Of a stretch of DNA of 51,043 nucleotides, positions 36,957-45,461 are shown one piece after another. Both the position numbers and the translations under genes were made by a program. Origin of the DNA: Desulfobacterales bacterium (GTDB lineage: Bacteria > Desulfobacterota > Desulfobacteria > Desulfobacterales > UBA5616); NCBI GenBank assembly GCA_046483495.1, contig JAWODC010000078.1, forward strand, positions 1 through 51,043, written 5' to 3'. A model generated the notes under the pieces. It was not told where the DNA came from. It made no database searches and saw only the letters and a program-made list of their open reading frames with translations. The first letter of the stretch is position 1. Each line of letters begins with the position of its first letter.

Positions 36957-38129
36957 TTAGGGGCGCCCTTCCGCCTTTGTCCACCCCTTCAATATAACAG
37001 GGAAGTAAATGGTCATGTCATTCAGGAGTCTTTCTCGCCGGGTCGTATTTACAACATAACTGAAGGCCATTTCGGCCCCGTGTATTGCCGGGTGGCTTTT
37101 TCCGGCATATATGAGCCCTTCCCGGCGGTTTCGTTCCGGAGGGGCATAGAAGCATTCCGCTTTAGACCAGGGGCCGGTGATCTTTTTTGCCGACAGGGCC
37201 GCCAAACAGGGGTTTTCGAGGTCCAATGTTTGAATCAGAAGAAATCGGTTTGCAGCCGGTACAAATTGAACGGAAAATTCCATCCGGCCATTCTCTAATA
37301 GAGGATACGGCACAATATCATCCCGGTTCGGTTCGACCCACCCCATGGTCTCTCCGGTCCACCACTGCGGCTTCAGAAGGTTCCCGGTAAATGCGTCATG
37401 CTCCGGCCAGCGTACGAGATAGACCATCCGGCTTATCGGATCCGTTGCGAAAACATGCAGAAATCCGTTATCCATGATCGGATTTCCGGAACCGACCACT
37501 ATCCCTTTCTTCTGAGGACCGGCAAGGCGGTTAAAATTCCAGTGTTCCGGATGCTTTTGTGTATGATCGATCAAAACGGCTTTCCACCCTTTCACATTGA
37601 ACCCGAAGGCATTGTCGGCCTTTTCGATCTGCATCAAAAAGACGAGAAGTCGGTTTTGTATCAGAATGCCCGAAGCCGGCCAAAACCAGTCGCCGGCATT
37701 GGACGAAAAAAAATCCGCCGGGGCGTTTTTTTTCGTTTTCCAGAAAAATGCCATTTCGGCATCGGCCGGATCATATCCGTTCTGGATACCGATGCTGTTG
37801 CGCACCAAACCGGCTTTCTTTCGATCACCGGAGCCGGATGGATCGATAAAGCTGTCACCAAAGAGCCAGAGGAGCCGGCCATTCCCCAAATCCACAGATG
37901 ATGCGCCGTCTCCTCCGAGCCAAAACGGATCGGATTGGAATAATTCGCAGGCTTCTTTCCACTTTTCGGCCGTGATATATAAGTGCAGCGATGTTTGGGT
38001 GGGCTCCTTAATGGACGCGACGTTCGATCCGCCGGCAATCGCCGCAACCGGCAATACGATTGCAATGATGCATAAGGCTAATCGGCGGCGGGTGGATGCG
38101 TATGTCGATCTCGAGTTGAAGAAGTCCAT
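36957..38129 (-). CDS. Exported DUF4185/DUF5005-like beta-propeller protein (possible glycosidase)
   Basis: RRR + hydrophobic signal-like segment, WLGGDGASSVDLGNGRLLWLFGDSF, WFWP, ITGPWS, YAGKSHP, SYVVN, YFP. Start uncertain. Confidence 0.7.
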   Translation of the reverse strand: MDFFNSRSTYASTRRRLALCIIAIVLPVAAIAGGSNVASIKEPTQTSLHLYITAEKWKEACELFQSDPFWLGGDGASSVDLGNGRLLWLFGDSFIDPSGSGDRKKAGLVRNSIGIQNGYDPADAEMAFFWKTKKNAPADFFSSNAGDWFWPASGILIQNRLLVFLMQIEKADNAFGFNVKGWKAVLIDHTQKHPEHWNFNRLAGPQKKGIVVGSGNPIMDNGFLHVFATDPISRMVYLVRWPEHDAFTGNLLKPQWWTGETMGWVEPNRDDIVPYPLLENGRMEFSVQFVPAANRFLLIQTLDLENPCLAALSAKKITGPWSKAECFYAPPERNRREGLIYAGKSHPAIHGAEMAFSYVVNTTRRERLLNDMTIYFPVILKGWTKAEGRP

Positions 38130-38325
38130 GACGTTTTTTGGGGTTTCTTCAGTTCCAACAGGTATACCCGATAACGAGGTGAGGCCGGGAACGTATGGCC
38201 GATAACGGCCGATTTCAGGATAGCACCAGTCTATACGTTTGAGGCATGAACCACAACTAAAAAATCCTGAAACGAAAATCCATTGTTGTAAACGGTTCTT
38301 AACGGCGGCATCCGGATGCTTTTTG

Positions 38326-38355
38326 TTGACTGTCATTGTAGGTTTCGACTAAAAT
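38326..38355 (+). promoter_or_regulatory. Putative sigma70 promoter directly upstream of repeat copy 4
   Basis: TTGACT (38326-38331), 18 bp, TAAAAT (38350-38355). Confidence 0.55.
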
Positions 38356-38359
38356 AATC

Positions 38360-38503
38360 AGTGACCATCCATAAATGGCCCTTTCACGCGATTTCTGTGT
38401 TGGACGCAAAATCGAAATCCTCAAAATAGTACACTATTCCTGCGGTTTTGATCTTGCGTCCGCCTTGAACTCACGCGAAATTGCCTATTTCTGGATGGAC
38501 ACT
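38360..38503. repeat. Palindromic dispersed repeat, copy 4 (divergent subtype)
   Basis: Terminal inverted repeat AGTGACCATCCATAAAT / ATTTCTGGATGGACACT (15/17); inner stem GGACGCAAAATCGAAATC / GGTTTTGATCTTGCGTCC; same core CCTCAAAATA..TATTCCTGCGGT as copy 1. Confidence 0.85.
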
Positions 38504-38579
38504 AGTTAAAAAAATCGTGTTTCGCGCACGCCGTTTCATTACAGTTCGCGGTGGAAGTATCCGCAATTACAGGAAAAAG

Positions 38580-40454
38580 ATGATGAACGACTTTCCCCCC
38601 TCATCCGTTCGCCAAAAATTGCCGGCCTCCGTGAATATCACCCTGTCGACGCCGGAAGAAGCGATAGAAGCCGTCCGCTCGGGAGACCGGGTTTTTGCCG
38701 GAACCGCCTGTGCGACACCCCGAACATTGCTTGCCCGGCTGGAAGGCACCGATCGGCGATTATCCGATATCCAGATATTTCATTTTTTAACCGATGGCGC
38801 CATCGAACTTGACCCTGAGGGAAGACCCGCCACCCGGTTTCAGCACAAGGTGTTTTTTGTCGGCACGGACACCCGGGAAGCCGTCAAGAGCGGCAAGGCC
38901 GATTACATTCCCATTTCCATTTCACACATTCCGAACCTGTTCAGAACCGGGCGCTTCCCCATTGACGTGGCATTCGTACAGGTCTCACTTCCCGATGCTC
39001 ATGGCTATGTCAGCCTGGGCGTATCCGTGGACATCACCGCCGCCGCTGTCTTTTGTGCAAAAAAAGTTGTTGCCGAAATCAATCCGAACATGCCGAGGAC
39101 ATACGGCGAAACGACGATACACGTCAGCCGGATCGATGTATTCGTTTGGGTGGATACGCCGATTATCGAGTATGTCCATCCGCCGGCTGACGAAGTCGCC
39201 CAAAAAATCGCGCAATACGTGGCCAGAATCATCGATGACGGCTCCACGCTTCAGATCGGATTGGGAAGAATTCCCAATGAAATGCTGAAATATTTAACCA
39301 ACCGGCGGGATCTCGGCATCCACTCCGATGTTATCACCGATCCGGTTATCGATTTGATCGAGAAAGGTGTAATTACGGGGAACGCCAAAACGCTTCATCC
39401 GGGAAAAATTGTCACCAGTTTCTGCATGGGAACCCAGCGGCTTTACAATTTAATAGACAACAACCCTTTATTCTCCTTCCATCCGATCGATTATGTTTCC
39501 GATCCCTCAGTCATTTCACGAAATCACGAGATGGTATCCGTTACTCAGGCCTTTGCCCTGGATCTCATGGGGCAGGTTTGTTCGGATCAATTTGAAGGTG
39601 AATTTTACAGCGGGGTGTCCTCGCAGCCCGAATTTTTGCGTGGGGCGGCAATCTCCAAAAGAGGCAAGGCGATTATCTGTTTGGACTCCACAACAGAGGA
39701 TGGAAAAGATTCACGAATTCGTCCCCTGTTAAGAGAAGGCGAGGGCGTGACCATACCGCGGTCCGATGTTCATTATGTAATCACCGAATACGGAATCGCC
39801 TATCTATTCGGCAAAACGATACGGGAAAAAGCCCTGGCATTGATCGAAATCGCCCACCCGTCGTTTCGTACGCACCTGCTGGAGGAGGCCAAGCGCCTCG
39901 GTTATGTGCGCCGGGACCAGATATTGAAAAGTATGAAAGCCTACCCGGCTGAAGAAGAGCGCGAGGTGGCGTTGAAAAACGGCACGGTCGTTCTCATCAG
40001 GCCGTCCAATGCATCGGATGTGGAAGGCCTGCAGGATATTTTTTATCATTTGACGCCGAAAGACATACAAACACGCTTTTTTACGCGCTTGTCCTCTTTG
40101 CCGGTGTCCAAGGCGGAACATCTTTGCAATGTCGATTACGAAAACGAAATGGCATTCGTGGCGGTTGCCGGGGAGCGTGAAAAGGAAGAAGTGGTCGGCA
40201 GCTCCTGCTACAGTGTCGATCCGGCCGCCAACATGGCCGAAGTCGCGTATATGGTTCGCCCGGACTATCAGGGGTTGGGGCTGGGAAAAGCCTTGCAGCA
40301 ACGCATGGTCGAATATGCCCGATCAAAAGGCCTCATTGGGTTTACGGCGGATATTTTGGAAGAAAACCACACAATGCTGAGTCTTATAAACGAGGCAGGG
40401 AAGGTATCCATGAAAAAAGTATTCGATGAATATCGGATCACGGTTCTGTTCTAA
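38580..40454 (+). CDS. Acetyl-CoA hydrolase/transferase-like domain fused to a C-terminal GNAT acetyltransferase
   Basis: GTACATP, SLGVSVD, TLQIGLG, DLMGQV, YVITEYG, IAHPSFR; then LKNGTVVLIRP, TRFF, NVDYENEMAFVA, AEVAYMVRPDYQGLGLG. Confidence 0.9.
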   Translation: MMNDFPPSSVRQKLPASVNITLSTPEEAIEAVRSGDRVFAGTACATPRTLLARLEGTDRRLSDIQIFHFLTDGAIELDPEGRPATRFQHKVFFVGTDTREAVKSGKADYIPISISHIPNLFRTGRFPIDVAFVQVSLPDAHGYVSLGVSVDITAAAVFCAKKVVAEINPNMPRTYGETTIHVSRIDVFVWVDTPIIEYVHPPADEVAQKIAQYVARIIDDGSTLQIGLGRIPNEMLKYLTNRRDLGIHSDVITDPVIDLIEKGVITGNAKTLHPGKIVTSFCMGTQRLYNLIDNNPLFSFHPIDYVSDPSVISRNHEMVSVTQAFALDLMGQVCSDQFEGEFYSGVSSQPEFLRGAAISKRGKAIICLDSTTEDGKDSRIRPLLREGEGVTIPRSDVHYVITEYGIAYLFGKTIREKALALIEIAHPSFRTHLLEEAKRLGYVRRDQILKSMKAYPAEEEREVALKNGTVVLIRPSNASDVEGLQDIFYHLTPKDIQTRFFTRLSSLPVSKAEHLCNVDYENEMAFVAVAGEREKEEVVGSSCYSVDPAANMAEVAYMVRPDYQGLGLGKALQQRMVEYARSKGLIGFTADILEENHTMLSLINEAGKVSMKKVFDEYRITVLF

Positions 40455-41766
40455 GCATTTCCGGCTTTCGAAAACCGCTTATCGCCTCCGCATACATTTC
40501 AACGGGATGGACGACCTTGACGTTTTGCCGGTATTTTGACAAAAAATCGGCCAGTTGCATCATGCATGCCGGGCATCCGGTTGCAACGGTATCGCAGCGG
40601 GTGGCGACAATGGATTCAATTTTACGCCGGCCGATTTTCTCCGAAAGCTCGTAATGATGTAAGTTGAACGTGCCTCCCATGCCACAGCACCGGTCCGGAT
40701 GCTCCATTTCAACGAGTCGGCAGGATGGATTGGCTGATATCAGTGAGCGCGGCTGATCGGAAATGCCGAGGCTTTTCTTCAGGTGGCATGGATCGTGGTA
40801 GGTAACGATACGCGGCCGATTGTCGGCATTCGTATTGGTATGGTGAGATGCGATCCGGGGTGCCAGAAATTCATTGATATCATAGGTTTTTGCCGCGATT
40901 TCAAGTGCATGGGCTTTGAGTTCAGGGTCATTTTCGGCCATTTGAGGCCACAGATTTTTAATGACATGCGTGCATGTGGCACAGGCGGTGACAATCGCGT
41001 CGCTTTCATAGCGGCAAAACATTTCGATGTGATGGTAAAGCAGGCGTTTCATGGTTTTCCCATCACCGGCCGAAGCCGACGGCATGCCGCAGCATCCCTG
41101 ATCGGGTGGGATGAGGCAGCGGATATGATGCTGTTTAAAAACCGAAACCACCGCCTCGGCGATTCGGGGAAAAAACCGGTCGATGAGGCACCCGATAAAA
41201 AAGAGAACCGTAGGACCGGATGAGGGGGCGACCGGGTCGGCACCGATACCGGCCTGAAAGGAAGTGTCGGCCGGAAAGATGAAATGACGTCGAGATGGAT
41301 CGGATGACGAAAACCTGAAAGAGGAAGTACCGATCACTGCATTCTCAGGTTTTGCGACGAGATTGCGGAATTCGGCGCTCCACCGCATGACGCGGTGGAA
41401 TGTTTTCGATTCCGACAGCAGTTTTTTGAGAAGGACCTTCTGCAGTGAAGGAAGCCGCCGGGCTTCCGATAAGATCATTCGGGCCTTTAAAAACAGGTCC
41501 GATGCATTGACGCCGTTGGGGCAGACGGCGGCGCAGGATCCGCACAGCAGGCACCGATCCAGACGGTCGGCTACTCCCCGCGATGAATCGAACAGCAATG
41601 CCCCCAATCCGTCCAAAAGGGCCAGCTTACCCCGCGCCGCATCGCCTTCCCGCCCGGTTTCCAGATACACGGGGCAGACGGCCAGGCACATGCCGCACCG
41701 GGCGCATTTGGAAAGGTCGGACTCGATTTGCCCGAGTCCCTTCACGATCTCCTGGATAGCACTCAT
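40438..41766 (-). CDS. GlcF-like Fe-S oxidoreductase (2x4Fe-4S plus two CCG domains)
   Basis: CARCGMCLAVCP, CLLCGSCAAVCP, FIGC, QGCCG, ACATC, YHDPCHL, CCGMGG, TGCPAC. Confidence 0.9.
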   Translation of the reverse strand: MSAIQEIVKGLGQIESDLSKCARCGMCLAVCPVYLETGREGDAARGKLALLDGLGALLFDSSRGVADRLDRCLLCGSCAAVCPNGVNASDLFLKARMILSEARRLPSLQKVLLKKLLSESKTFHRVMRWSAEFRNLVAKPENAVIGTSSFRFSSSDPSRRHFIFPADTSFQAGIGADPVAPSSGPTVLFFIGCLIDRFFPRIAEAVVSVFKQHHIRCLIPPDQGCCGMPSASAGDGKTMKRLLYHHIEMFCRYESDAIVTACATCTHVIKNLWPQMAENDPELKAHALEIAAKTYDINEFLAPRIASHHTNTNADNRPRIVTYHDPCHLKKSLGISDQPRSLISANPSCRLVEMEHPDRCCGMGGTFNLHHYELSEKIGRRKIESIVATRCDTVATGCPACMMQLADFLSKYRQNVKVVHPVEMYAEAISGFRKPEMLRTEP

Positions 41767-41778
41767 GCGTTTCTCATC

Positions 41779-42552
41779 TTACCCCATAACGGACCACCCG
41801 CCGTCTACCGGAATGCTGACCCCGGTGACAAAATCCGAACCGGGGCTCGATAAAAATGCCGCTGTTCCGGCCATGTCGTCGATTCGTCCCATTCGCCCGG
41901 CAGGGGTCCGGCTGACAACCCATTCACTCATGCCGGGAAAATTTCTTTCGCTCTCCAGAATCATATCCGTTTCTATCCACCCCGGCAAAATGGCATTGAC
42001 CTGAATGTTGTCCGGGGCCCAGGCAACGGCAAGACTGCGAACCAGCTGAACGACTCCCCCCTTGGCTGCGCCGTAAGAGGCGCTCATAAATCCGCCGAAG
42101 ATGGAATACATGGAACCGATGCAGATGATTTTCCCCCCGCCGGCCGCCTTCATCACGGGATAGACCGCTTTAGAGCAGAGAAAAACGCTCTTCAGATTGA
42201 TATCGATAACGCGATCCCACTCCTCGGTGGAGAGGTCCTGGGGCAGTCTGGCCATAAGAATACCCGCATTGTTTACCAGTACATGGATGCCGCCGAAGAT
42301 TTCTACGGTTTCTTTGACCATGTCATCGATCTGCGCTTTGCTTCGCACATCCACCCGGAGGCATGCGGTTTTCGTTTTGAATTCGGCCTCAATCGCATCG
42401 GCGGTGCGGCGCATCCGGTCCTCATTTCGTGCGGCGATTGCGATATCAGCGCCCCTCGAGGCCAGCCCCCGGGCGATGCCTTTTCCGATTCCGCGGCTGC
42501 CGCCGGTAATCAGGGCGGTCTTCCCCTTTAAATCGAACAGGTCTTTCATCAT
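41779..42552 (-). CDS. Short-chain dehydrogenase/reductase (KduD/gluconate 5-dehydrogenase-like)
   Basis: TGGSRGIG, VNNAG, YGAAK, VNAILPG, VDGG. Confidence 0.92.
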   Translation of the reverse strand: MMKDLFDLKGKTALITGGSRGIGKGIARGLASRGADIAIAARNEDRMRRTADAIEAEFKTKTACLRVDVRSKAQIDDMVKETVEIFGGIHVLVNNAGILMARLPQDLSTEEWDRVIDINLKSVFLCSKAVYPVMKAAGGGKIICIGSMYSIFGGFMSASYGAAKGGVVQLVRSLAVAWAPDNIQVNAILPGWIETDMILESERNFPGMSEWVVSRTPAGRMGRIDDMAGTAAFLSSPGSDFVTGVSIPVDGGWSVMG

Positions 42553-42566
42553 TTCTCCACTTGTTT

Positions 42567-43088
42567 TTAGAGCAATCCATCCAATTCATAGGCCACGTCT
42601 TTTTTGCAATAGCGGCATCGCCGCGCACCCCGAAAAAGGGGTTTGCCGCAGAACGAGCAGTGGTACCGATTGCATTCATGCCGGGCCCATTCGACACTTC
42701 CCGCTTCATCACCGAACCGGTCCGCCGTTTCCCGCCAAATGGGAATGGCCCGCTCCATAACCCGCCTGCCGGTGGCGAGACTGAAATTTCGAATCGAATC
42801 ACAGGGCCAGTCGCTGCACTGATGGCAGGAATAAAATCTCCTGGATGCAACGCAATCTCTAATTTTGCAGGTTCGGCAATAAATAAAGAGATCCTCCGAT
42901 GAATCCTGCTGCATGCAGCCCCGGCATCGCGCCTCTTCCGGTTTTAAACCGTAAAGATTTGCCATAATGTTCCGGAATTTTTCATTGCCGTCCCGGTCTG
43001 CGATGTAAATGCCGCAGGTACCGCAATATAACCCGCAGGGCGCCATCAGCCGCCTGTCCCTGATTTCTTCTTCCGTCCATCCTTCCAT
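42567..43088 (-). CDS. DUF3795 domain Cys-rich protein
   Basis: APCGLYCGTCG, CRGC, YCRTCKIRDC, CHQCSDWPC, C-terminal CSFCG..CRYC; own GGGGAG RBS before ATG 43088. Confidence 0.85.
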   Translation of the reverse strand: MEGWTEEEIRDRRLMAPCGLYCGTCGIYIADRDGNEKFRNIMANLYGLKPEEARCRGCMQQDSSEDLFIYCRTCKIRDCVASRRFYSCHQCSDWPCDSIRNFSLATGRRVMERAIPIWRETADRFGDEAGSVEWARHECNRYHCSFCGKPLFRGARRCRYCKKDVAYELDGLL

Positions 43089-43124
43089 GCAATTTCTCCC
43101 CTCTGCAAAGAGAGACGACCGTGC

Positions 43125-43295
43125 ATCAGCCGTCTTAGGGATCACGGTTATGGGGCGCCCGCCTTTGGAGAAAAACGCCCCCAAATGAAAATCCGGCTGT
43201 CCCCCCGGACCTTGAACCGGAATTCCATCACAAATCGTTTCAAAACAGATTTGCCCGGTCAGGTCAATGGATAACGCATTGTTGATGGAAACAAA
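43125..43295 (-). pseudogene. Internal remnant of a family I CoA-transferase gene
   Basis: FVSINNALSIDLTGQICFET...GPGGQPDFHLGAFFSKGGRPITVIPKTA aligns with the C-terminal domain of 17206-18681; both ends are missing. Confidence 0.85.
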
Positions 43296-43366
43296 ATGTA
43301 TTTTGAGGACTACAATTTCCCGGCCAACGCCGAAATGGAGCGAATCAGCCATTTCCGGATGGGCAC
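43296..43366. repeat. Palindromic dispersed repeat, half copy 5
   Basis: TGTATTTTGAGG..CCGGCCAACGCCGAAATGGAGCGAATCAGCCATTTCCGGATGGGCAC, near-identical to the right half of copy 3; stops at the central loop. Confidence 0.88.
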
Positions 43367-43369
43367 GGG

Positions 43370-45073
43370 TTATAGTTTGGTCTTGAGTTCTTCCTTTAGA
43401 ACCTTACCCGTCGAGGAGAGTGGAAGCCGGTCCAGAATAATGATTTCGGGCACCTTGTATACGGCCATATTTTCCCTTGCCCAGGCGGTCAGCCCCTCCG
43501 CATCGATGCTCCCGGCCGGATCCTCTTTGAGTTTGACAAACGCTACGGGGATTTCACCCTTGTCCGGGTGAACCTTCGGTATAACGCCGCTGCCCTCCAC
43601 AGCGGGGTGCCGCCCTAAGATGATCTCGATCTCTGAGGGGAATACACTCATGCCTTTGACCTTGATCATTTCCTTATTCCGGCCGAAATAGTGGAGGTAT
43701 CCCTCTTCGTCGAGCATTCCGATATCGCCGGTTCTGTACCAACCGTTCCGGATCTGCTCTTTCGTAAGCTCCGGATTCCGCCAATAGGAGGTCATCAGAG
43801 TCGGGGTGCTGATGACGATTTCACCCTCTTGTCCCAACGGGACCGGCTTTCCTGTCTTGAAATCGATGATTTTAAACCGGGTGCCCGGCATCGGCATTCC
43901 GACAAATACGGGTCGGGACTTCAAATCCATATCGCCCTCTTGCATGCCGTTGGTAAACGTGTCCAGGGTGTGCGTTTCCGTCATTCCATAAGACGACTCA
44001 CGCATGATGGAACCGGTCAGTTTCTCCCACTTCCGGCGGTAATCGATATTGAGTTTTTTCACGAAGGAGCTTACCAATGTAAATTTCAGTGATCGGATGT
44101 CATAATTTGAAAGGTCCGGATGCTCCATCAGTTCGACAATCATATCCGTGGTGCCTGAAATGGTATCGGCTTTGTAGCGGTCAATGGCCATCAGGGCGGC
44201 CTTGGCATCCCAGCGGGTGAGGTAGACAATGGTGGTTCCCTTGATGATGGGGATGATCACCAGCAGTTCTCCGGCGATCCAGAATGACGGGAGAACGGCG
44301 ATGGCCGTTTCGCGGCCGGTTTCGGCCTTTTCTCGATACAGATTGATTCCCCCGGCCGCTCCGGTGCACAACATGTTCCAGTGGGTGTGGACGCACCCTT
44401 TCGGCAGTCCCGTGGTGCCGCCGGTATAATTGATTGCGGCGATATCGGCAATGGAGACGCCGTTGTCGGGATAATCAGGGGATTGGTGTTCGAGGATCGT
44501 CATGAAATCATCAGCCCCGGGACACGCTTGCGGCGGGATATCGAACACGTCGGGCAACGGCAGTTCGGGATCATTCGGGAGAAAATCAGAGAGACGCGTC
44601 GTTATAACACCTTCAAACCGGGTTTTGTTCCGGGTGGACTTCACCAACGGATAAAGTATATCCAGGCTGACGATGATTTTCGGGTCGGCATCGTTCATTT
44701 CGTGGACGAATTCGTGCTCCTTGAACAGCGGATTGACCGGAACGAAAATGCATCCGAGCTTGAGGATGCCGTAAAAGACAATGAAAAACTGGGGGCAGTT
44801 CAACAGAAAGACGGCAACGCGATCGCCCTTTTTCAAGCCGCTTTTCGACAGGTAAGCCGCAAACCGGTCGCTGAGATCATCGATTTCGGCATACGTAATG
44901 CTTCTCCCGTAAAAGATAATGCATGGCTTGCCGGGGGTTTGATGTGCGTGATGTTTCAGGTAGTGAAAAATGGGGACTTTTCCGAGGCTGTATTCGATCT
45001 CCCGTGGAATGCCCGCGGGCCAGTTTCGTTTCCAGATTCGGTCCAGTTCTATCAAATAGGCTTTTTCATCCAT
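43370..45073 (-). CDS. Long-chain acyl-CoA synthetase (AMP-forming)
   Basis: YTGGTTGLPKG, YGMTET, GWYRTGD, GRNKEMIKVKGMSVFP, PLSSTGK; GGAG RBS before ATG 45073. Confidence 0.94.
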   Translation of the reverse strand: MDEKAYLIELDRIWKRNWPAGIPREIEYSLGKVPIFHYLKHHAHQTPGKPCIIFYGRSITYAEIDDLSDRFAAYLSKSGLKKGDRVAVFLLNCPQFFIVFYGILKLGCIFVPVNPLFKEHEFVHEMNDADPKIIVSLDILYPLVKSTRNKTRFEGVITTRLSDFLPNDPELPLPDVFDIPPQACPGADDFMTILEHQSPDYPDNGVSIADIAAINYTGGTTGLPKGCVHTHWNMLCTGAAGGINLYREKAETGRETAIAVLPSFWIAGELLVIIPIIKGTTIVYLTRWDAKAALMAIDRYKADTISGTTDMIVELMEHPDLSNYDIRSLKFTLVSSFVKKLNIDYRRKWEKLTGSIMRESSYGMTETHTLDTFTNGMQEGDMDLKSRPVFVGMPMPGTRFKIIDFKTGKPVPLGQEGEIVISTPTLMTSYWRNPELTKEQIRNGWYRTGDIGMLDEEGYLHYFGRNKEMIKVKGMSVFPSEIEIILGRHPAVEGSGVIPKVHPDKGEIPVAFVKLKEDPAGSIDAEGLTAWARENMAVYKVPEIIILDRLPLSSTGKVLKEELKTKL

Positions 45074-45375
45074 TTGCCGGCTCCATTTCTTAATCGGTTC
45101 GGGTGGGCGTTTTTCAGGTGAAAAGGGTGCTATCCCCTTTTTGGGAAAGCCGAAAATTGAATACGAAAATAGAACACAAAGATAAACCCCGGCGCTGGAC
45201 AATCAGAAGAAGCAAGGGCAAAGATAGAATGGATTAGATTATTACCAGATTTGCTCGGCCTTTCAAAGAATAAATGATCGAAAATGCCGCATTAGAAGCA
45301 CAAACCTCAAAAAAAATGAAAACAACTGCCGAAAGATGAATCTTTGCGCATTTCGGGCGCATTTCGGCAATTTGA

Positions 45376-45403
45376 TTGTTTTTGATGGGTAATCGTGTAT
45401 AAT
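45376..45403 (+). promoter_or_regulatory. Putative sigma70 promoter of the aminotransferase gene
   Basis: TTGTTT, 16 bp, perfect TATAAT (45398-45403). Confidence 0.45.
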
Positions 45404-45461
45404 CGGGCCGTTTTCATCCCTTTCAAATTCTCTTTTTGCAAAATATGCGAGGAGAAGCGCT

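Noticed and set aside
42567..43352. 261-aa ORF as a genuine multidomain protein
   Set aside because: Its N-terminus is repeat DNA plus a gene remnant; annotated instead as DUF3795 from 43088.
6531..43366. Dispersed repeats as a CRISPR array or integron attC sites
   Set aside because: They are kilobases apart, have no spacer periodicity, lack RYYYAAC/GTTRRRY ends, and no integrase is present.
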